Origin: a virus | Taxonomy: Duplodnaviria > Caudoviricetes | Virus record (IMG/VR): IMGVR_UViG_3300012942_000079 | Coordinates: 1 to 40,859 of that record | Reading direction: 5' to 3' (one strand) | DNA: 40,859 bases | In this document: positions 34,957-40,859 of the stretch, piece after piece | Layout of the letters: every line of letters starts with the position of its first letter | Position numbering within the stretch: position 1 is the stretch's first letter | Program-made: the position numbers and the translations under genes | Notes under the pieces: model-generated | What the model saw: the letters and a program-made list of their open reading frames with translations, nothing else | Told to the model about the DNA's origin: nothing | Databases searched by the model: none

Positions 34957-35356
34957 TATCAGTCTCCCCTTTCTCCATAAGGTTGCCGTCCATATCCCAG
35001 TCTCCGCCATAACGGATACCAACACGAAGCTCCTTAGCTGCTTCCATCATGGCGTTGTAGATGGCTAGGAAGCCTCTAGTGTTGCTGTAGTCCACCGGAT
35101 ACGTGATGAGATCAACAGCATGACCATACCCATCCTTGTGAGCGAAGTGATTACTATTAAGAGTCCAAGTTACAATAGGGCCGGGCCTAGTCCGCCCCTG
35201 AGCGTAAAGCTCTTTCTGCCTAGCAGGAGTACGAACTCCTTCGCCAACAGAGAAGTCTTGAGTCGTCTTCTTGATAGCCAGTTCAATAACTTTGACCAGA
35301 TCGGGGTGGACACCCTTTAACTTGGCCTTAGATTTAGCGCTGAGAACGTAAGCCAT
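34931..35356 (-). CDS. endolysin, M15 family Zn peptidase (L-Ala-D-Glu type)
   Basis: EGVRT..RQKELYAQGRT, SNH, HAVD, GGDW, HYEL. Confidence 0.92.
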   Translation of the reverse strand: MAYVLSAKSKAKLKGVHPDLVKVIELAIKKTTQDFSVGEGVRTPARQKELYAQGRTRPGPIVTWTLNSNHFAHKDGYGHAVDLITYPVDYSNTRGFLAIYNAMMEAAKELRVGIRYGGDWDMDGNLMEKGETDIGHYELHP

Positions 35357-35367
35357 TTATATGCTCC

Positions 35368-35604
35368 TTAGATAAGGCTTCCGCCTTTAAGCCAGATAAT
35401 GAATGATACAAGAGAGCCAATGATACCAGTACCGAATAGGGCAGAGGCTAACCAGAAAGCCCCTAACCCCTTATTCCGGAGAACCAACAGTTCATCAAGC
35501 TTCTTGTTGATGGCTTGCTGATCTGATATCATCTGTTCTACTTTAACCTCAAGGACAGCTAGACGTTCTATCTGGGTCAATGTCTTGTTAACAGAGACGC
35601 TCAC
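35368..35604 (-). CDS. small coiled-coil plus C-terminal TM protein (lysis-cassette associated)
   Basis: ERLAVLEVKVEQ coiled coil, GAFWLASALFGTGIIGSLVSFIIWL. Confidence 0.7.
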   Translation of the reverse strand: MSVSVNKTLTQIERLAVLEVKVEQMISDQQAINKKLDELLVLRNKGLGAFWLASALFGTGIIGSLVSFIIWLKGGSLI

Positions 35605-38600
35605 TGATCGCCCCCCTGTCTCGTCCCAAATAGCTCTGCCCTAGCTGTCTTCCTTGCATCGTCCAGTACCTCCTTGATTGCCTCTTTCTTAAGGTTGTCG
35701 TCAGCTTGTTGCCACCCCGGATACTGCATCACTTCCCTCATGGCGTCGAGGAAGTAAGTTCCAGAGAGCCTCTGGTAGTCCTCTCTATCCTTTCCACCAA
35801 GAGTTACCCGCTCACCTTGAGGGTTAGTTCTGTAGTCATTAACATTAGAGCCGGGGGCTCCAACAAGAACCTCCTTCTGACTACGCTCTAAGCGGTTGAG
35901 TTCTTGGACAACTGGATCAGTCTCTTCAGGTCTCTCCTGCCTAGCGTTAGGAGCGGGTCGGCCATAGACATCGTACCTCTCAGGAAGCTCCTTGCTAAAC
36001 ATTGGAGTCCCTGCCTCGATCCTATTACCCAGCCTTTCCCCAAAGCTTCCGCTCTCTCCACGAGTGTTCCTCATGTAAGGATCAAGGTATTTTTGATTGA
36101 TCCAACGGACAAAGGCTGGATTAGCAACAGTAGAAATCTGGCCTCCGACGAGATTACCAAGCTGAGGCCCAACCTTAAAGTCGCCTTTTTCGAGGCTCTC
36201 TTTTGACTCTGAGGTGGCATCAATTATGTTGCCAATACTCTCAGCATAGCTACTGTTTTTCAAAGCTTGGGCCATACCGAGAGTAAGCCCGAGATAGAAG
36301 TCCTTATCCGTAAGGTCAGCCTTACCTCCAGCCCTTTCAACGGCCATAGCGGCAGCAGCCATAGGAGCCGACAGAGGATCAAGGTTGTAATAGGACTGCC
36401 ACTTACCGTTGATCTTAATCGACATCTTAGGGCGGACAGCAGAAAGAGCAGTCTCCTTCTTGTAGTTGGGATCACCGAATACAAGTTCTCCTTGAGCAGC
36501 TTTGTCCGCAAAGTAGGCTAGAACAACAGAGCTAAAGGCCATACGACCGATAGCAGACTGCCTGCGGACACCACCAGCCTTTAAATCTGACCTAATTTCC
36601 TTAGAGATTAAGGACAGAGGACCAGAGTTACGAAGTCCAGCCGCAGCAATACGATCCAGAGTCGGCATAAACCGTACTGTAGTCCTAGCTCCGAACTTTA
36701 TAGCTCTCTCAGGAATAGTGTTAGGGCTCTTAACGGTCTTAGCCGTAGGGACCATCTTACCTGTCTCGGGATCACGAGTCATTTTGATAGTCATCTCAGG
36801 CCGAGTCCGGGGCCTAGTCCAGTTCAATATCCTCTGAGTGTACTCAGTAGGTTTATCCCTGAACAGGAGCCGATCAGTCTCTGCTATCGCTTTCTCAACA
36901 AGCTCTGGCTTAGGATTGGCTACTCCCTCAGCAACAGTATCCCAAAACTCCTTACCGTGAGAGTTAGGCATGGCCTTGGCAACATCATTAGCCACCTCTC
37001 CGTAGAGGTTAGAGATGTGGAAGATGGTGCTCCAGAACTCGTCAATAGCAGCCATAGGGCGGCGAGACAAGGTTTCAGCAGCCGCTATAGGATACTTAAA
37101 TGGGTTCTTATTCGACATACGCTTAGACGTAAGCCCAGAGGTGCTAACTTTCCTGTTGAACGACTTTGAGCTTTCACCAGATGCGAACGCTTTAATGGTA
37201 TTCTCATAGGTCTTAAAGTTCTTCAACATAGTAAGAGCACCATAAGCCCTAGCGGCTACCTCTCGACCATAGACACGATCCATAGCCTTGTTGGTCACAC
37301 GGAGGGGTTGCCCAAGGGCAGACGTGACCCCCTTAGCCCCCAATTCATAGATGAAGTGGATAGGGGAGCCAAGGAAGTTAGCCTTCCAAGTAGCTGGACT
37401 GGATAGCATGGTGTTGCCAATGAGAGAGTCAAGGTAGTCCTCGGCGTGCATCTTGCTAGCATTCTTGATGTACTTGCTAGCACCAGCGGCCCCTTGTCCA
37501 GTCCTAGCTGCTTCTATGTTCTTAACGAATTTAAGGAGGGCCTCAGGGTCAGTGGGCACACCTCCGCTCTCTCCGAACTCCTGCATGAACTTAAGAGCAG
37601 CTTGAGTAGACTTTTTGCTGTTGGTAACTTCCCGGAGGACACGCATAGCCCGACCAATCTCGGCGATATCCCCTTGGAACTTACCATAGACAGCCTGAGT
37701 GATGGCTAGGGACTGACGGATATCAGCGTACAAGGAGGGAGTCATCCCTTCCTGCTCTGCCTTATTTCCGAGGCTAACAAGCTTCTCAACCTGATCGGTC
37801 AGTAGTTGTTTGGCACCAGCGACACGGCCAGCTAGCTTCTTCTCTTCAAGCCCAGAAGCTTTAGCATAGCTACTAGGAGATAGAGAAAAATCTTCCCCCT
37901 CTCTGAGGATTTCAGGGATAGAGCGAGCATCCGCCTTTACAGCATTCTCACCAAGAAAGTCTAGAACATCATCTAGGTTCTTCTCAGTCTTGATCTTCTC
38001 GGGAGTAAGGCTCTTAGCCTTGGAATACTTGTTGACAATCTGAGGAGTCTTGTCATCGAAGACAACATAGTTATAACTGCCTTCTCCTTTACGACGAGAC
38101 ATACCGTCCAGATACTTGTTACCAGTCACTCCATACTCAGAGAGGTATTTACTGGCCTGCCTAGGGCTACCAGTGATGTGGACTAAATCACGGTAATAGT
38201 CCTCACCAGTCTTGTTAGCCATACGAGGCTCGAACTCTGGACCAAGCTCCATATCGTTGAGAGCTTTCTTGACAGCCTCTGGCTGGTCAGCATAGCCACG
38301 ATCCCACTGGAGCCATTCGGCATTGTCAGGGAGTTCTACTTCGTAGAGTTTGCCTTTAGTGGTAACGTCAAGATTGTCGTTGACATATTTTACTACAGGT
38401 TCCATGAAGTCCATGGTTGAAGACTTTACTTCCGGGGCCATATTTTCATAGTCCCTAGAGCCTACTATGTCTTCCAGAACCTCAGAGGCCGTAGGCTTCT
38501 TACCACGATTATTGGTAATCATCTGGAACATAGAGTCTGCGACTATCTCAGCAGCAGCAGGATCATCTGGAAATTCTCTACGAACAGAGACGGACATGTT

Positions 38601-40409
38601 GTCTCTAGTCCCAGAGTGAGTTCCCTCTACCTTCTTCCAAGAGGGCCGCTCACCGCCCATGGTAGCCTTATAGCTCTCTGCTACTTTCTTAGTATCCGTA
38701 AAGTAGCTACCCCAACCATAAGCTTGAAATCCTTCCCCCGTACCCATACGGCTATTGTCGAACTGGTCAAAGTCAGCCCCAGACCCGTGCCAGACTTTAG
38801 AGTAGCGGAAACCATTCTCTGCGATGGACGGAGAACCATTAACCACAGCGTCATGGGCCATAGCAAGAATAGTCTTGATCTCACGCTCTGAGAAGTCAAC
38901 CCCCTTGATCCCAGCTTTGCGAGCAGTGGCCTTAATGAAGTTCTTAATTCGGTTCATCAGAGTGGCAGGGATTTGTCCCTGCTCTGACATCTCGGCTAGG
39001 ACCTCTTCTGCTGCACGGGCAGTAGGATTAGGAGAGTTACTGTAAGCTCCGGGGTTCTCTTCCATCCAGTCGTCAACAAGCTCCCGGAACTCAGGACCTT
39101 CGTTATAGAAACGAGTAAGAGTGGCATCCAGATTATCTCGAAACATCTGAGACAAGCCATGATGGCCAAGAGCCTCATGGAAGACAACAGCTTTCACTTC
39201 ATCAGGGGTCTTAAGATTGGACGCAATAATACGGACCTTGCCGTCAGGGCCGACAAAGCCTTTAACGCCATCTCCTTCTCTCTGCACCGCCTGTCGGATT
39301 GCAGGGTCTTCAATATCATCTACAGTTTTGTAGACCTCGAAGTCGGGAGAGTTCTTCCAACCAGAAGCTAGTTCATTGATTTGGTTTACAACATTGTTGA
39401 TATGTTCGTCGGAGACAGGAGGGGTCGCAGGCTGAGAAGGTTCCTCTGGAGTTTCTCCCTCACTCTCCGATACGCTCTTCCGGTTCTGGAAGTCCTGTGC
39501 CTCAGCAGATAGACGCTCTTCTAGGGCCTTCTCTCGGGCTGCTCTGCCCTCTGCCGTAGGGAACAGGTCCTCAGCCGTAGGTTCGGGCTTGGGTTGGAAG
39601 TCCTTAGCTTCCTGCTCAAGAGGAGTAGGCTCACTACTAGCTTTAGCAGCTTGGAAGTCCTTAGCTTCCTGCTGTAACCTCTCTACAACCTGAGCCTGCT
39701 GACCAGCTTCACGAGCCTTAGCAGCATTAGCTAGTTCAGCCTCATCCAGAGGGTTAAGCTTATTGGCAGCAGCCCAAGCCTGCATCTGCTCAGGAGTGGC
39801 CCCAGAGTTCCAAAGTTCCTGCCCCTCGTTAGCCAGTTTCTTGATTCCGGCTTTGCTCATAGAAGGAGGAGCATAAGGGAGGATGCCAGCTTCCGTACCA
39901 CCCAAAGGAAAGGCTTCAGCCAGAGCCATAGCAGCCGATCCGGGAAGAAACTTGTTACCACCAACACTAAGAGCTTCGTCAAGACCAAGCGCTTCTGCAC
40001 CCTTATCGAGCAGATTAGCGCCACCCTCAAAGGCTGCACCAACACCCTGAATACCACGAGTAGCGAGGTCAAGAGCGGTAGCCCCGGCCCTCATAGAAGC
40101 GCCAAGAGGAGTACCACCAGCAGCATTGATAGCGTTCTGGAAGAACTCACGAGTGCCGGGCTGAAGACCAGTCATCCTGTCCCCGAAATAATCAAGGACT
40201 CCTCCGCCCTGTTTGTTAGGGGCAGAAGGAGTCGCAGGATTGGCTTGTTCAGGGGTTTCCCCGAGTGCCATAGGAACAGGATTACCCGTCAGTGAGTCCC
40301 AGTATTTCTTAGTCTCCGGATCGCTAAGGTCCAACTGAGACTGAGCGTACTGCCTCGTCTCTGGATCGTTGAGGTCCAACTGAGAAAGATCAAAGGGCTG
40401 ACTAGCCAA
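35601..40409 (-). CDS. large internal virion/ejection protein, polyvalent type (zincin-like HExxxH and ART-like domains)
   Basis: 1602 aa. VVFHEALGHHGL...EEVLAEM is metallopeptidase-like; VWHGSGADFDQFD...GTGEGFQAYGWGSYFT...NYVVFD is ADP-ribosyltransferase-like; helical C-terminal region. Confidence 0.8.
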   Translation of the reverse strand: MASQPFDLSQLDLNDPETRQYAQSQLDLSDPETKKYWDSLTGNPVPMALGETPEQANPATPSAPNKQGGGVLDYFGDRMTGLQPGTREFFQNAINAAGGTPLGASMRAGATALDLATRGIQGVGAAFEGGANLLDKGAEALGLDEALSVGGNKFLPGSAAMALAEAFPLGGTEAGILPYAPPSMSKAGIKKLANEGQELWNSGATPEQMQAWAAANKLNPLDEAELANAAKAREAGQQAQVVERLQQEAKDFQAAKASSEPTPLEQEAKDFQPKPEPTAEDLFPTAEGRAAREKALEERLSAEAQDFQNRKSVSESEGETPEEPSQPATPPVSDEHINNVVNQINELASGWKNSPDFEVYKTVDDIEDPAIRQAVQREGDGVKGFVGPDGKVRIIASNLKTPDEVKAVVFHEALGHHGLSQMFRDNLDATLTRFYNEGPEFRELVDDWMEENPGAYSNSPNPTARAAEEVLAEMSEQGQIPATLMNRIKNFIKATARKAGIKGVDFSEREIKTILAMAHDAVVNGSPSIAENGFRYSKVWHGSGADFDQFDNSRMGTGEGFQAYGWGSYFTDTKKVAESYKATMGGERPSWKKVEGTHSGTRDNMSVSVRREFPDDPAAAEIVADSMFQMITNNRGKKPTASEVLEDIVGSRDYENMAPEVKSSTMDFMEPVVKYVNDNLDVTTKGKLYEVELPDNAEWLQWDRGYADQPEAVKKALNDMELGPEFEPRMANKTGEDYYRDLVHITGSPRQASKYLSEYGVTGNKYLDGMSRRKGEGSYNYVVFDDKTPQIVNKYSKAKSLTPEKIKTEKNLDDVLDFLGENAVKADARSIPEILREGEDFSLSPSSYAKASGLEEKKLAGRVAGAKQLLTDQVEKLVSLGNKAEQEGMTPSLYADIRQSLAITQAVYGKFQGDIAEIGRAMRVLREVTNSKKSTQAALKFMQEFGESGGVPTDPEALLKFVKNIEAARTGQGAAGASKYIKNASKMHAEDYLDSLIGNTMLSSPATWKANFLGSPIHFIYELGAKGVTSALGQPLRVTNKAMDRVYGREVAARAYGALTMLKNFKTYENTIKAFASGESSKSFNRKVSTSGLTSKRMSNKNPFKYPIAAAETLSRRPMAAIDEFWSTIFHISNLYGEVANDVAKAMPNSHGKEFWDTVAEGVANPKPELVEKAIAETDRLLFRDKPTEYTQRILNWTRPRTRPEMTIKMTRDPETGKMVPTAKTVKSPNTIPERAIKFGARTTVRFMPTLDRIAAAGLRNSGPLSLISKEIRSDLKAGGVRRQSAIGRMAFSSVVLAYFADKAAQGELVFGDPNYKKETALSAVRPKMSIKINGKWQSYYNLDPLSAPMAAAAMAVERAGGKADLTDKDFYLGLTLGMAQALKNSSYAESIGNIIDATSESKESLEKGDFKVGPQLGNLVGGQISTVANPAFVRWINQKYLDPYMRNTRGESGSFGERLGNRIEAGTPMFSKELPERYDVYGRPAPNARQERPEETDPVVQELNRLERSQKEVLVGAPGSNVNDYRTNPQGERVTLGGKDREDYQRLSGTYFLDAMREVMQYPGWQQADDNLKKEAIKEVLDDARKTARAELFGTRQGGDQ

Positions 40410-40429
40410 TGTTTAATTCCTTGTTGTAA

Positions 40430-40858
40430 CTACTGGGCCACCAGCTTTCCGTTTCTAAATACCAGTTTACCGCTAGGTTTACTGGGAGCAGCAGCCCCTC
40501 CGCCGGTGATAGCCTCAAGAGCGGAAGGCTTTCTATTAGACTTCTTCTCTGCTCTGCCGGGCCAGATATTAAGGCTCTTCAAAGTCTCCTGATCTTCAGG
40601 CGGTAGATTATCAAATCCACCAAGGCTCTGAGCTTTCTGGAGAAGGGGGTAGGCAATAGAAGCTGCTGTTGGGTTCTTAGGCTGAGGGGGTTTATAACGC
40701 CTCTCACGCCCAGCCTCTTGCATAGCAGCCCTCTGGTTACGACCTTCCTCTGCCTGCTGTTGACGGTCATCCCTGATCTGAGCCTGAGTAGGAGTGCCAA
40801 CAGATTGGAGAGCAGCGGCTACTCCATTGTCATTAACATCTGGGATAACATACTCATC
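40430..40858 (-). CDS. probable internal virion protein, C-terminal part (starts beyond the window)
   Basis: Frame is open from the window edge to the stop at 40430; Q/A/P-rich; directly upstream of the large ejection protein. Confidence 0.65.
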   Translation of the reverse strand, partial: DEYVIPDVNDNGVAAALQSVGTPTQAQIRDDRQQQAEEGRNQRAAMQEAGRERRYKPPQPKNPTAASIAYPLLQKAQSLGGFDNLPPEDQETLKSLNIWPGRAEKKSNRKPSALEAITGGGAAAPSKPSGKLVFRNGKLVAQ

Positions 40859-40859
40859 A

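Noticed and set aside
1-40859. Impression that CTAG and GANTC words are frequent
   Set aside because: Cannot be counted reliably by eye; needs an observed/expected k-mer calculation before any claim about methylation or restriction avoidance

Overview
The window is most of the genome of a lytic-looking podovirus; a proteobacterial, possibly alphaproteobacterial, host is a guess from codon usage and gene types. It has two arms diverging from a ~1.2-kb non-coding control/terminus region (9263-10470). The minus-strand arm is a P22-like virion module: terS, terL, portal, scaffold, coat, a decoration-like protein, and gp4- and gp10-like proteins at 1-9262. It continues at 33991-40859 with internal virion proteins (one a 1602-aa polyvalent protein), an M15 endolysin, a holin and spanins. 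The plus-strand arm carries small early genes, a phiEco32/LUZ24-type amidoligase cluster (GGCT, class I and class II GATases, two COOH-NH2 ligases, ATP-grasp) and two metallophosphoesterases. It then carries a T7-like replication set (primase-helicase, family A polymerase, SSB, nucleases) and class I RNR. No RNA polymerase, integrase, tRNA or CRISPR array was seen; several near-consensus sigma70 promoters are present. The most striking unexplained element is a ~575-nt, densely base-paired region without a credible ORF (11026-11599). It starts right after a TTGACA promoter and lies immediately downstream of a gene for an Arg-rich N-like protein, so it is a candidate novel large phage ncRNA/RNP system. 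Other notable points are an apparent AUU start for the Ntn amidotransferase, an unannotated C2H2 zinc-finger mini-gene, an H-type pseudoknot and a beta-module shared by two virion proteins. All family calls come from motif recognition by eye, not from database searches.
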